Assembly (NCBI GenBank): GCA_963662435.1
Contig: OY759598.1
Coordinates: 1,148,507 to 1,212,506 of the forward strand
Direction of reading: 5' to 3'
DNA: 64,000 nucleotides
Source: Dehalococcoidia bacterium
GTDB lineage: Bacteria; Chloroflexota; Dehalococcoidia; Lucifugimonadales; VXLM01
Shown: positions 9,783 to 19,550 of the stretch, in pieces
How positions within the stretch are numbered: the first letter of the stretch is position 1
How the letters are laid out: the number at the start of each line of letters is the position of its first letter
Position numbers and translations under genes: made by a program
The notes under the pieces: generated by a model
The model's input: only the letters and a program-made list of their open reading frames with translations
The model's database searches: none
What the model was told of the DNA's origin: nothing

Positions 9783-11165
9783 ATGAAAAATCCCATCGAC
9801 GTGGGCACCAATCGACAGCTCTTTCTCGACGACCTCCTCATCGACAATATAGGCGGCGCGAAGCGGTTGATGCACTCCCCCACTCGCCGAGAGGTCGTGC
9901 TCGAGGGAGACAAGCCATGGGACGAGTCGAGCGTGGCCTTTATGTCGGTAATTCACGACGGGGACACGTACCGCGGCTACTACAGATGCGACCATGTCGG
10001 CACAGACAAGGAGCCGAACCCTCGTCACACAGCCTATGCCGAAAGCAAGGACGGAATCCATTGGGAGAAGCCGAGCCTTGGACTCATTGATTTCGACGGC
10101 TCGAAAGACAACAGCCTGATCTGGATGGGCCCCGGAGCGAACTTGTGCGTCTTCATCGACAATAACCCGGCCGAGCCTCCCGAACGGCGTTACAAGGCTG
10201 TTGTACGCACGGGGCGCGCAGAGGGAGAGGCCCTGGGAGCACCCGGACCCTGCGTGCTTGCCCTATCTTCACCGGATGGGTTCGGCTGGAGCCTGATGCA
10301 GGAGGGGCCGATTCTGATCGATGACCCTTTTGATTCGTACAACGTGGCCTTCTGGGACGAGTGGACGAACCAATACGTGATTTATACGAGAGGGGTCGGC
10401 GGGACAGGTGTGTTCAAGGGCGGGGTCCGCTGGATCAGGAGGGCCACGTCGGACGACTTCCTCAACTGGAGTCGCCTGGAATTGATCGATTCGGGCGAGA
10501 TTCCGTCTGAGCACCTGTACACCAACGCTTGCGTTCCCTACGAGCGTTCGCCGGGCACGTACCTGATGTTCCCGTCCCGCCTCGTACTCGAGCACACACC
10601 CGACCCGGACTGGCCCAACGGCCCAGGGGTCAACGACATTGCCTTGATGAGCAGCAGGGACGGGATCACATGGGACCGATCATTCATGGAGGCGTTCATA
10701 CGTCCTGGACTGGACATGGAGAACTGGCATGAAAGGGGTATTTACTTCGAGCGGGGTATCTTCCAGACATCGGAAGACACCCTGAGCATGTACTCCTCCG
10801 ACCACTGGCGATACCCCAGCACACGGATATCACGTTACACACTGCGTACGGATGGATTCGTTTCCGTAAACGCGGGCTATCGTGGCGGGGAGTTCACGAC
10901 CAAGCCGTTAGTGCTGGGGGGCAGCGAGCTGGAAATCAACTACTCGACGTCGGCGGTGGGATCAGTACAGGTCGAACTTCAGGACGAACAGGGACGCCCG
11001 CAGCAGGGATTCGCGCTGTCGGACAGTCTGGAGAAATACGGTGACAAGATATCAGAGCGTGTCGCATGGACGGGCGGCCCCGACGTGAGCGCGTTCGCAG
11101 GCAGGCCGGTGCGACTGCGGTTCGTCCTCAAGGACGCTGACCTGTACTCTTTCAAGTTCAACTAG
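9783..11165 (+). CDS. Uncharacterised Asp-box beta-propeller glycoside-hydrolase-like protein (paralog 3)
   Basis: Tandem paralog of 8327-9712 with an 88-aa identical block. Confidence 0.75.
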   Translation: MKNPIDVGTNRQLFLDDLLIDNIGGAKRLMHSPTRREVVLEGDKPWDESSVAFMSVIHDGDTYRGYYRCDHVGTDKEPNPRHTAYAESKDGIHWEKPSLGLIDFDGSKDNSLIWMGPGANLCVFIDNNPAEPPERRYKAVVRTGRAEGEALGAPGPCVLALSSPDGFGWSLMQEGPILIDDPFDSYNVAFWDEWTNQYVIYTRGVGGTGVFKGGVRWIRRATSDDFLNWSRLELIDSGEIPSEHLYTNACVPYERSPGTYLMFPSRLVLEHTPDPDWPNGPGVNDIALMSSRDGITWDRSFMEAFIRPGLDMENWHERGIYFERGIFQTSEDTLSMYSSDHWRYPSTRISRYTLRTDGFVSVNAGYRGGEFTTKPLVLGGSELEINYSTSAVGSVQVELQDEQGRPQQGFALSDSLEKYGDKISERVAWTGGPDVSAFAGRPVRLRFVLKDADLYSFKFN

Positions 11166-11184
11166 GCTAATAGAGGTAATTGAA

Positions 11185-11790
11185 TTGGGCGCAGAACGAG
11201 TTGCAGAGAACAAGACCCTGGTGTGGTCGGGCGAACACTGGATCGCCTACCTCAAGAACCATGACAATCAGGCGAACGTCGGGCGTGTGAGTCTCTATCG
11301 AGTCTCCTACAGCGCTGCCGGGGAGGGCAATGTCGCCTTCATCGACATACCTGAAGAGTCATTCGCGGGGATATTTACGGACAACTTGAAGCTTGGGGAC
11401 TTCATGTCGAAGACCCTGGCGAGAGGGACGAGCAACAATAACTACTATAAGCACGACATTCCGGTCGTGGAGGCGGAGATCACCCGTGGCGGCGACGTGC
11501 GAACGATGCCGTCTTGGACCATCGCAAGTGAGAATGGAGAGGTGGAAGTGGTCTGGGCCAGTATTCACCCGCCAACAATCCTCGAAGGTCCGGGGCCGAT
11601 ACACGATGGGGCAGCAGTGACCCATTCCCTACTGTTCTTCGCCAATGAAGCTACGATAACTCTGAATGGCAAGTCCGTGGGCGGCGTTGCGTACGTGCGA
11701 GACGAATGGATTCGCGCCATCGGGCGGCAGGGCACGTCTGCAGTGTTCGCGATTGCCGAGACCACTACCGTGATCGGATCGAACGACTAA
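11185..11790 (+). CDS. Hypothetical protein (beta-rich)
   Basis: 201-aa ORF with SD GAGGT, tightly spaced between hydrolase and SDR genes. Confidence 0.7.
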   Translation: MGAERVAENKTLVWSGEHWIAYLKNHDNQANVGRVSLYRVSYSAAGEGNVAFIDIPEESFAGIFTDNLKLGDFMSKTLARGTSNNNYYKHDIPVVEAEITRGGDVRTMPSWTIASENGEVEVVWASIHPPTILEGPGPIHDGAAVTHSLLFFANEATITLNGKSVGGVAYVRDEWIRAIGRQGTSAVFAIAETTTVIGSND

Positions 11791-11803
11791 CCGGAGGCCA
11801 GGA

Positions 11804-12601
11804 ATGGACGTATCGGACAGAATCGCAATAGTGACCGGTGGAGGCAGGGGGATAGGCCGCGCGATCTCTCATGTGCTGGCACGAAATGGCGCCAGCGTGG
11901 TCGTGGCAGACATCAACGAGGGCGATGCGCAAGCCGTTGGCCAAGAGCTCGAAGCCCTTGGAAGCCGTTCGCTGGCAGTCGCGGTGGACGTGACCGACCA
12001 GTGTTCGGTCGACGGGCTAGCCGCCCAGGTGCTCGATGCGTTTGGACGTATTGACATCACGGTCAACAATGCGGGGACCATCGGATCGTCCGGCTGGGAG
12101 ACACGCGATCGGCCGAACGACGACGACTGGGACCACATTCATAACGTGAACGTCCACGGCATTGCAAGGGTGACGGAGGCTGTTGGAGAGCACATGAAGT
12201 CGCGGAGATACGGCAAGATCGTCAACATCGCTTCGGTGGCGGGACGCACCGGAACGCGAACGAACTTTGCGTATGGGGCGTCGAAGGCGGCGGTGATTAA
12301 CCTGACCCGTTGCTATGCAATGGACTACGCCCCGCACAGCGTAAACGTCAACTGCGTCTGCCCGGGGCTGGTGTGGACGAAGATGTGGGAACGGATAGCA
12401 AGTCGCAGAATCGGACTGAGCATTGATGACGAGATGTCCACGAGGGAGTCGTTCGACAAATTTGTGGAGTCCAATACTCCGCTTGGGAGGGAGCAAACGC
12501 CCGAGGAGATTGCAAACACCGTCGCGTTCCTCGCCTCCGACGCTGCGAGCGGAATAACGGGGCAGTCCGTGAACGTGGACGGCGGGTTCGCGATGAACTG
12601 A
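11804..12601 (+). CDS. SDR-family NAD(P)-dependent oxidoreductase
   Basis: TGGGRGIG, NNAG, YGASK, ITGQSVNVDGG. Confidence 0.95.
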   Translation: MDVSDRIAIVTGGGRGIGRAISHVLARNGASVVVADINEGDAQAVGQELEALGSRSLAVAVDVTDQCSVDGLAAQVLDAFGRIDITVNNAGTIGSSGWETRDRPNDDDWDHIHNVNVHGIARVTEAVGEHMKSRRYGKIVNIASVAGRTGTRTNFAYGASKAAVINLTRCYAMDYAPHSVNVNCVCPGLVWTKMWERIASRRIGLSIDDEMSTRESFDKFVESNTPLGREQTPEEIANTVAFLASDAASGITGQSVNVDGGFAMN

Positions 12602-12686
12602 AGGCGCGAGGGCAGCTTCCCCTTCGTTCGGGTGAAAGTCAGCCAGCGGGGCGGTACGTACCCTCGATCCAGATCTCTCTTTACCA

Positions 12687-12722
12687 CCCTCACCCTGGCC
12701 CTCTCCCACGCCGATAGAGGGG
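12687..12722. repeat. CCCTCACCC..CCCTCTCCC family repeat
   Basis: ccctcaccctggccctctcccacg is identical to the copy starting at 21207. Confidence 0.7.
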
Positions 12723-12770
12723 CCGGAAAGATTCACTCAGGCAGAAACTCCACTAAAGGATTCGAAATCA

Positions 12771-13739
12771 ATGAAAGCAATACGGATGACGCAGACCGGG
12801 GGGCCGGAGGTGTTGGAATACGTGGATGTCCCCGATCCTGTTCCCGGGTCCGGCGAGGTGCTGATTGACGTTGAGCACATAGGCATCAACTTCATCGACA
12901 CGTACGTCCGGCGAGGGGCGTATCCTCGACCGCTGCCGCTAATCCCCGGGTATGAAGTGGCCGGAATCGTTTCGGGCGTCGGGCAGGACGCGGTCGAGTT
13001 CACAGAGGGAGACCGAGTCGCGATGGCCGGCCTGTCTATGGGGTCGTACGCCGAGAAGATCGTTCTTCCTGAGTGGCAGATCGTACGCGTTCCCGACGGC
13101 GTGAGCCTGGAGGACGCTGCGGCGGTGCTGGAACAGGGGATGACGGCGCACTACCTCTGCTATTCGACGTATCCGCTTGGTCCCGACGATACCGCCCTGG
13201 TTCACGCCGGCGCGGGCGGGGTTGGCCGCCTGCTGATCCAGATGGCAAGGCAGCTGGGCGCAACCGTCATATCGACGGTCTCGACCGAAGAGAAGGCGGA
13301 GATGGCCCGTTCGGTCGGCGCCAACCACGTTGTGTTGTACACCGAGAAGGACTTCCAGCAAGAAGTCATGCGGATTACGGACGGAGGGGGCGTCGACGTG
13401 GTGTACGATTCCGTAGGGCAGGCAACGGCAGACGCGAGCATGGCCAGCCTCAGGCCCCGAGGGATGATGGCGCTGTATGGTGCCGCCAGCGGTGCTGTGC
13501 AGTCGGTTCCGGTATCGGTAATCAACGCGAAGTCGCTATTCTTCACGAGGCCGGGTCTGAATGACCACGTAGCCACGCGCGAGGAGCTCTTGTGGCGGGC
13601 CGGTGACGTGCTTGGGCGTGTGGAGTCGGGGGCGATGTCGCTTCACATCCATGGTACCTACCCGCTTGCCGACGCGGGTCGAGCGCAGGACGATCTCGAG
13701 AATCGCAGGACGATGGGGAAGGTGCTGCTGGCGCCCTAG
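12771..13739 (+). CDS. qor: NADPH:quinone oxidoreductase (zeta-crystallin/MDR family)
   Basis: GGPEVLEY, GINFID, HAGAGGVG, VDVVYDSVG, GKVLL; no Zn-binding Cys cluster. Confidence 0.9.
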   Translation: MKAIRMTQTGGPEVLEYVDVPDPVPGSGEVLIDVEHIGINFIDTYVRRGAYPRPLPLIPGYEVAGIVSGVGQDAVEFTEGDRVAMAGLSMGSYAEKIVLPEWQIVRVPDGVSLEDAAAVLEQGMTAHYLCYSTYPLGPDDTALVHAGAGGVGRLLIQMARQLGATVISTVSTEEKAEMARSVGANHVVLYTEKDFQQEVMRITDGGGVDVVYDSVGQATADASMASLRPRGMMALYGAASGAVQSVPVSVINAKSLFFTRPGLNDHVATREELLWRAGDVLGRVESGAMSLHIHGTYPLADAGRAQDDLENRRTMGKVLLAP

Positions 13740-13849
13740 ATGGTGTCCGGCAGGGCGGTCAAGACCGCTCGTGGTGAGGTTGACAGGCGGAGAACGACCC
13801 TAAGATGGTCTCAGGGTGAACGGGCTGACTTTGGGAGCCCTTGGAAGAG

Positions 13850-13926
13850 TGGAGGCGACGGGCGGATTCGAACCGCCGAATAGAGGTTTTGCAGACCTCC
13901 GCCTTAGACCACTTGGCTACGCCGCC
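13850..13926 (-). tRNA. trnC: tRNA-Cys (GCA)
   Basis: Reverse complement GGCGGCGTAGCCAAGTGG...GAGGT-CTGCAAA-ACCTC...GTTCGAATC...CGTCGCCTCCA; CCA encoded. Confidence 0.96.
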
Positions 13927-13940
13927 TCATCGAGTAGACA

Positions 13941-14027
13941 TGGTGCCGAGGGAGGGACTCGAACCCTCACAGCCTTGCGGCCACAGCGCCCTCAACGCTG
14001 CGCGTCTACCAGTTCCGCCACCTCGGC
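13941..14027 (-). tRNA. trnL: tRNA-Leu (GAG)
   Basis: Reverse complement GCCGAGGTGGCGGAACTGGTAGACGCG-CAGCG-TTGAGGG-CGCTG, long variable arm, GTTCGAGTC, CCA end. Confidence 0.96.
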
Positions 14028-14166
14028 TGGGTCCTCAGCCGCCTGTGTTCAGCCGAGGTTGGTGTGTTCATATTATAGCCAAGCGGTGTTCACGTGTCCA
14101 TAATGCCGTGGGCGTTAGAGCGTGCAGTGGGATCGGCTAAAGGGATGGTCCCCTACCCTGGGCCTC

Positions 14167-14194
14167 TGGATTCCGGCCTCCGCCAGAATGACGG
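14167..14194. repeat. Palindromic repeat, CTGGATTCCGGC..GAATGAC family
   Basis: ctggattccggcctccgccagaatgacg; shares the GAATGAC end with the 21288/37515 element. Confidence 0.55.
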
Positions 14195-14239
14195 TGGTGG
14201 TTGTTTCTTGTTGCGCGGATGGTCTGCAAGGAGTGGAGG

Positions 14240-14812
14240 TTATTCGTCGCTTGGGGTGGATGAACGACGGAGCTTTCGGATAAGCAAGGCGAGGAGGCCA
14301 CCTGAGATGAGAATCCCCAGCCCCCATGCTCCCACGAGGAGCCAGAGTTGCAAGTCGCTGTCTTCGCTGGGCAGGACCTTGAGAGGGACGTTCGTCGTGA
14401 CATTGCCGAGCGGGCCTGACACATCGAGGGTGAAACTCCACTGCCCTTCCCTTCCGACGGGGATTCTGACGTCGAAATGACTGAATCCCGGCAGGACGGT
14501 CTGGGGCTGGAAGGGACCGACCGTGGTGTTCGAAGGCCCCTGGCCCCGGAGAGTCAGGTCGGTCGAGATGGGAGCGAGGTGGTCCTCGCTGCCGCCGTTG
14601 GTGGACGCGACGGCCTGAATGAGGACTGTGAATACCAAGAGGCCGGTCTTGGGTTCCGGGGGCCATACGGTCACGGCGATGTCGTAGCCGCCCTGCTGCT
14701 CACGTTGAATGAGCATTCCGCCGTTGGCCGATAGGCTCGTTACGGTCAGGGCGAAGAGGAAGATTCCCAGAGCAAGGCCTGATAGGTGACGCACATGTTC
14801 ATGGTACCGCAT
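14240..14812 (-). CDS. Exported, C-terminally anchored protein (YtkA/FixH-like Ig fold, tentative)
   Basis: Signal-peptide-like N-terminus, GQWSFTLDVSGPLG, C-terminal TM followed by basic tail; start uncertain. Confidence 0.55.
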   Translation of the reverse strand: MRYHEHVRHLSGLALGIFLFALTVTSLSANGGMLIQREQQGGYDIAVTVWPPEPKTGLLVFTVLIQAVASTNGGSEDHLAPISTDLTLRGQGPSNTTVGPFQPQTVLPGFSHFDVRIPVGREGQWSFTLDVSGPLGNVTTNVPLKVLPSEDSDLQLWLLVGAWGLGILISGGLLALLIRKLRRSSTPSDE

Positions 14813-14952
14813 GACGATTGGGAGTGACAAAAGGGAAGGAACCCCGCGTAACTGCGGGAAAACATAGCTGCACCGTTCGGTTGAGAGTAGACTGATTGGA
14901 ATCCTCACTATTGGCAACCGGACACGCATGGACAATGGGAGTCTAGAGACTT

Positions 14953-15507
14953 ATGCCTGAAGAGCAGCCGGAAATTCAGACTGAGCGCCTCACCCTTCGA
15001 AGGTTTCGATTGAGTGATGCCAGCGATGTCCACGCGTATGCGAATGACGAGGAGTGGCAGCGATATCTCTTGCCTTTGCCGTATCCGTACGAGCTTGTTC
15101 ACGCAGAGCAGTTTGTCGCAGAGTCGTTCCTAAAGGACTGGAAGTCCAAGCCAACCTTCGCCATCGTCATGGACGGTACGGTGATAGGCGCGATCAATCT
15201 TGGCATGGACAAGAGAAAACAGACGGCGGAAATGGGATATGCCATTGCGCGAAGGCACTGGGGAAATGGCTACGGGACCGAGGCGGCTCTCGCCGTGGTC
15301 AACTGGGCCTTCGAGACGTTGTGCCTGGCGAAGGTCTTTGCTTTTGCGAATGTCGACAACAGGCGGTCGTGGAGGGTGATGGAACGCGTCGGGATGAAAA
15401 GAGAGGGCGTGCTGAGGGGCGAGGTCCCATCCGGTGACGACACCGAAGCTCGGCAGGACGTGGCGTACTACGGAATTCTCCGCGAGGAGTGGAAACAGCG
15501 GACTTAG
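14953..15507 (+). CDS. GNAT acetyltransferase, RimJ/RimL family (copy 1)
   Basis: TERLTLR, AEMGY, HWGNGYGTEA, NRRSWRVMERVGM. Confidence 0.92.
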   Translation: MPEEQPEIQTERLTLRRFRLSDASDVHAYANDEEWQRYLLPLPYPYELVHAEQFVAESFLKDWKSKPTFAIVMDGTVIGAINLGMDKRKQTAEMGYAIARRHWGNGYGTEAALAVVNWAFETLCLAKVFAFANVDNRRSWRVMERVGMKREGVLRGEVPSGDDTEARQDVAYYGILREEWKQRT

Positions 15508-15611
15508 GGGTAAGAAAACCGTAGCTGCATAGCCGGAGCAGGCGATAGCCTGGTATCCAGCCGCCTGCAAAACAGGCCGCGTCCCATTCAACCCGCGGAG
15601 AACCGAGACTG

Positions 15612-16160
15612 ATGGCCGACTACCCTACGCTGGAGACCGAGCGTCTTACCTTGCGCCGCTTTCGCCTGACTGATGTGGACGATATTCTTGCGTTCGCGAA
15701 CGATGAGGAGTGGCAGCGATACCTACCACCTCTGCCCTTCCCCTATGAGCGCGTTCACGGGGAGCGATTCGTTGCAGAGTCATTTCTAAGGGACTGGAAG
15801 TCCAAACCGGCCTTCGCGGTCGTACTCGGCGATACGATGATTGGTGAAATCAACCTCAGAATCAACAAAAGACATCAGACTGCGGAGATGGGGTACGCCA
15901 TCGCACGGAAACACTGGGGAAACGGCTACGCGACAGAGGCCTCTGAAGCCGTCATCGACTGGGCTTTCGAGACATTGTGCCTAGCCAAGGTTGATGCCGT
16001 AGCGATTGTCGACAACAAACGGTCGTGGCGCGTGATGGAGCGTATCGGCATGACCAAGGAGGGCGTTCTGCGAAGTGAAGTGCCCGGCAGCGACTCGAAA
16101 CAAAGACACGACATGGCGTACTACGGGATACTCCGCGAGGAGTGGGAGCGTCAGGCTTAG
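15612..16160 (+). CDS. GNAT acetyltransferase, RimJ/RimL family (copy 2, tandem paralog)
   Basis: Same motifs, colinear with 14953-15507. Confidence 0.92.
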   Translation: MADYPTLETERLTLRRFRLTDVDDILAFANDEEWQRYLPPLPFPYERVHGERFVAESFLRDWKSKPAFAVVLGDTMIGEINLRINKRHQTAEMGYAIARKHWGNGYATEASEAVIDWAFETLCLAKVDAVAIVDNKRSWRVMERIGMTKEGVLRSEVPGSDSKQRHDMAYYGILREEWERQA

Positions 16161-16246
16161 GAAAAGAAAATCCCCGGACCGTGTTGGAGAACGATCCAGG
16201 GATAATGCTTCACTAGGTCTGGGTGGCTTCCCTACCCGATCGTCAG

Positions 16247-17524
16247 CTAGCTGCCGACCGTGACGCTCTTCGGGGTCGCGGGAGCGGGTTCCCTTTCGGC
16301 ACCGCGGCGTCGCAGGACCTCGACGATGATCTCGGCAGCGTCGGCGATCGTCATTCGGTCGAGATTGACGGTGATGTCGAACTTGCTGGGATCATCGATC
16401 TCGCAGTCGAAGAGGCGCCCGAATATCTCTCGTCGCTCGCTGTCGGCCCGTTCCAAGCGCTTCAGGGAGGCTTCCGGGGTGTCGCCGTATTGAGCGACCC
16501 GCATGGCTCGAGACTCATCGGACGCCGATACGAATACTGTCAACCCGTCCACCTGCTCAGGCAGGAAGAGATGGGCGCCGTTGCCGTGCAGGACGGCGTC
16601 GCCCTCGGCCGCGCGGCGTCGAACGATGCGGCGCAGCTTCTTTACGTACTGTCGCTTGGAGAGCGGCTCATGAAGCAGCTCGTCGTACTCGTACGGCCTG
16701 CTGGGGACGTACGCATGATAGCCACTCTCGTAGGCCGTAGTGACCTCTGTGGGAACCACGACGGAAGCGAGCAGGCGCATCCAGAAAGACCTGTGGCTGG
16801 TCTCGAAGGACTCGAGCTCCGCCCTGGTGCACTGGAGGCGTTCGCTGAGCGTGTCCTTGATTTCATCGCCAATGAATTCGCTTTCTAGGAGACGGGCGAT
16901 CTCCCGGCCCAAGGCCTCACTCTCGCTTCCGGGCAGTCCCGTGATGGCGACGACCGGCGTGAGCTCCCGCTCCTTGTGGGCGCGTGAGTCCTTCGCGGAA
17001 TAGCGAGCCGAAGACACGGTCATGTGTGCGACGGCAATGTCGCCGTGCTTAACTTCGGAGCCGCTGTCAATTACAAAGCCGAGCTTTTCGAAAAGGCCAA
17101 TTGCGGGCCGGTTTTCGACGGGAACCGTCACCCACGCGGACTCAAGGTCCATCGTGTTGAACACCTTATCGAGCAGTTCCAACATCGTTGCGGTGCCGTA
17201 TCCGTGGTGCCACAGGTCCTTGCGTCCGATGATGACTGTCAACTCGGAGCCGCCCTCCCCATCGAGCTGCACCTGGCACTCGCCCACATGTTCATCGGCC
17301 TGATTATAGATAGAAAAAATCGCCCGGCGAGGGTCGCCGAATGTCCTGCTCCACTCCCAGTCACTCGCCTCCAGCATATGGTTGGGGTCATATCCGGGAT
17401 GCACAGGGTCGTCGATGCCGTAGTGACCGAACCACCGACTCGACAGATCATCGTCCTGCAGCCACCACGCTATCCTGTCAACATCATCTCTCGATACGCT
17501 CTTGAGTCTTACTTCCGGCAGCAT
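16247..17524 (-). CDS. Fusion: RimJ/RimL-type GNAT domain plus cytidylate-kinase-like domain
   Basis: N-half IGRKDLWHHGYGT...NRPAIGLFEKLGF; C-half VVAITGLPGS, AVLHGNGAH, ERADSERR, DPSKFDITVN. Confidence 0.8.
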   Translation of the reverse strand: MLPEVRLKSVSRDDVDRIAWWLQDDDLSSRWFGHYGIDDPVHPGYDPNHMLEASDWEWSRTFGDPRRAIFSIYNQADEHVGECQVQLDGEGGSELTVIIGRKDLWHHGYGTATMLELLDKVFNTMDLESAWVTVPVENRPAIGLFEKLGFVIDSGSEVKHGDIAVAHMTVSSARYSAKDSRAHKERELTPVVAITGLPGSESEALGREIARLLESEFIGDEIKDTLSERLQCTRAELESFETSHRSFWMRLLASVVVPTEVTTAYESGYHAYVPSRPYEYDELLHEPLSKRQYVKKLRRIVRRRAAEGDAVLHGNGAHLFLPEQVDGLTVFVSASDESRAMRVAQYGDTPEASLKRLERADSERREIFGRLFDCEIDDPSKFDITVNLDRMTIADAAEIIVEVLRRRGAEREPAPATPKSVTVGS

Positions 17525-17899
17525 GTCATCCTCCTTTCTCTGTAGATAACAATTGTCAAATATCCACTACCCTCAAAGTCCATTCCACCCATCTTGGGTA
17601 CACGCTACATGATGCTCTGATGTGGTGTCAACTTTCCATCTCATTTGCCTGATTTCGTAACATTTCGCCCAAGAATACACATAATGCAATTCACGCTTGG
17701 GGACTACTGAAAAGTGTTTCGTATATTCCGATGCATGTAACGCGAGGTGATTTCGGGAGCCTGTAGGCCTGCAATGCTACGTATTGAAACGTCGTTGACA
17801 CCCTATATGGCGTGGGATACCATCGGTTTGGCTGCTACCTATGGGGACGAACCCTCTGAGTCTCGAGACTTGGCCCACTGGGAAAGAAACGAATATTCC

Positions 17900-18247
17900 G
17901 TGATCACCTTGAACATGCGGCTGACAGCCAGTCCGGGACGGGAGGATGAGCTGCTCTCCGCGATTCGCGACAAGTGGATGCCGGAGATGGCACGACAGTC
18001 CGGGTTCATCCGCGGCGTGATGCTCAAGCCGTATGAAGGAGAGAAGGCGTCCTCGCTGGGTCTGCCGGAGCAGCAGTTCACCTTTGAGGTGGTCTCATTT
18101 TGGGAGAGCGAAGAGCAGCGCGCGGCGTGGGCTGCGAGCGATATTCACGTAGAGGTGATTTCGTACGTGAATGACTCGGTGCTGCCGGAAACCGGCAAGC
18201 AGGCTGTATTGTTTACGATTGAAGAGAATTGGGATGCGGCGAGCTAG
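17900..18247 (+). CDS. Antibiotic biosynthesis monooxygenase (ABM)-like dimeric barrel protein
   Basis: PGREDE, QSGF, VVSFWESEE..AAWAASDIH; start moved to GTG 17900. Confidence 0.75.
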   Translation: MITLNMRLTASPGREDELLSAIRDKWMPEMARQSGFIRGVMLKPYEGEKASSLGLPEQQFTFEVVSFWESEEQRAAWAASDIHVEVISYVNDSVLPETGKQAVLFTIEENWDAAS

Positions 18248-18281
18248 ATCCAGTTCCACATGATTTTGATATTCCGATTCA

Positions 18282-18396
18282 CCCTCACCCCCGTATCGGG
18301 TACGGGGCAGGCCCTAGCCCTAGCCCTCTCCAGCGACGGGAGAGAGGATAAAGTAAAGTCTGCAGGTTCATCATATTCAGGTTGACTGAGTACTAG
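18282..18396. repeat. Composite palindromic repeat (CCCTCACCC + CCCCGTATCGGGTACGGGG + conserved right end)
   Basis: Right end ttcatcatattcaggttgactgagtacta recurs as ttcatcacattcaagttgactgagtacta at 21563-21591. Confidence 0.6.
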
Positions 18397-18422
18397 CAAA
18401 ACAAGAAGAGGAGTACGGGAAT

Positions 18423-19364
18423 ATGTCGGAAGGACGATTGGTCTACATGAGCGGCGATTTCGTGCCGGAGTCTGAGGCTCGGGTGTCGATATTCGACACG
18501 GCGTTGATGTTCGGCGACATGGTGTTCGAGATGACGCGGAGCTACAACATGGAACCGTTCCGGCTCAGAAACCACCTCGAACGGCTCTATGCGGGGATCA
18601 AGATCCTCGAAATCGATTGCGGCCTGGACATTGACGAAATGGAGGCCGCCACCATGGAGACCATTGCGGTCAACAAGGACCGCATGCCGGAAGGCGTCGA
18701 TTTTCAGATCATGCACAACGTCTCCAACGGACCACTGGGACTGTACTCGTCCGTATTTCCCGACGGGATCAAGCCGACGGTTTCGATCAATGTGTGGCCT
18801 TTGACGTGGCATCTCGCGGGGATCGCCGACTACTACGACTCAGGCGTTCATTCCATATTGACGCAGCAGCAGTCTGTGCCTGCGCGGTACATCGACCCGA
18901 AGATCAAGAATCGAAGCCGGGTCTTCTACCAGGTGGCGAACCTCCAGGCACACAAGATCGACCCGAAGGCGTACGCCCTGCTCAGCGACGAGGATGGGTT
19001 CATCACCGAGGGAACGGGGAACAATTTCTTCATCGTCAAGGACGGCGTCATCTATACTCCGGAGGGCCGGAACATACTTCGTGGCGTCACGCGGGGGGCG
19101 GTGATTGACCTGGCCGCCGAACTTGGCCTGCCGTTACAGGAAACGAACCTGGAGGCCTATGACGTCCACGGTGCAGATGAGGCATTTGTGTCCAGCACGT
19201 CAATGTTCATCCTGCCCGTGACGAAATTCAATATGCTTCCTGTTGGGGACGGCGAGATAGGCCCCACGGTGCGACGGCTGACCGATGCCTTCGGCGGGAT
19301 GGTCGGCCTGGACATCGTCGCCCAGGCGAAGCAGTACAAGGCCGAAGCCGAGGCGATGGCGTAG
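18423..19364 (+). CDS. Class IV PLP aminotransferase (branched-chain/D-amino acid type)
   Basis: FGDMVFEMTR, PKIKNRSR (Schiff-base Lys), EGTGNN, ILRGVTR, ADEAF. Confidence 0.92.
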   Translation: MSEGRLVYMSGDFVPESEARVSIFDTALMFGDMVFEMTRSYNMEPFRLRNHLERLYAGIKILEIDCGLDIDEMEAATMETIAVNKDRMPEGVDFQIMHNVSNGPLGLYSSVFPDGIKPTVSINVWPLTWHLAGIADYYDSGVHSILTQQQSVPARYIDPKIKNRSRVFYQVANLQAHKIDPKAYALLSDEDGFITEGTGNNFFIVKDGVIYTPEGRNILRGVTRGAVIDLAAELGLPLQETNLEAYDVHGADEAFVSSTSMFILPVTKFNMLPVGDGEIGPTVRRLTDAFGGMVGLDIVAQAKQYKAEAEAMA

Positions 19365-19550
19365 GGCTCTAGGGGGTGTCTCCACCCCCCTGCATCTGCG
19401 GCTCGGTGCGGCTGAGAGGCGGGTGTGGTCCTACGGAACTTAAACTCACCCTACCCCTGTCAGCCCACGACGGGAGAGGGGAAGTTCGCCAGCACTTCTC
19501 ATTGGCCTCATCTCTAGCTGTGCCAGTTACCCTCGCGATGTATTATGCAG

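Noticed and set aside
13850..14027. tRNA as an integration site for an island or prophage
   Set aside because: No integrase, phage genes or duplicated tRNA 3' end seen in the window
13816..14140. ORFs over the tRNA pair
   Set aside because: They are translations of the antisense tRNA-Cys and tRNA-Leu sequences
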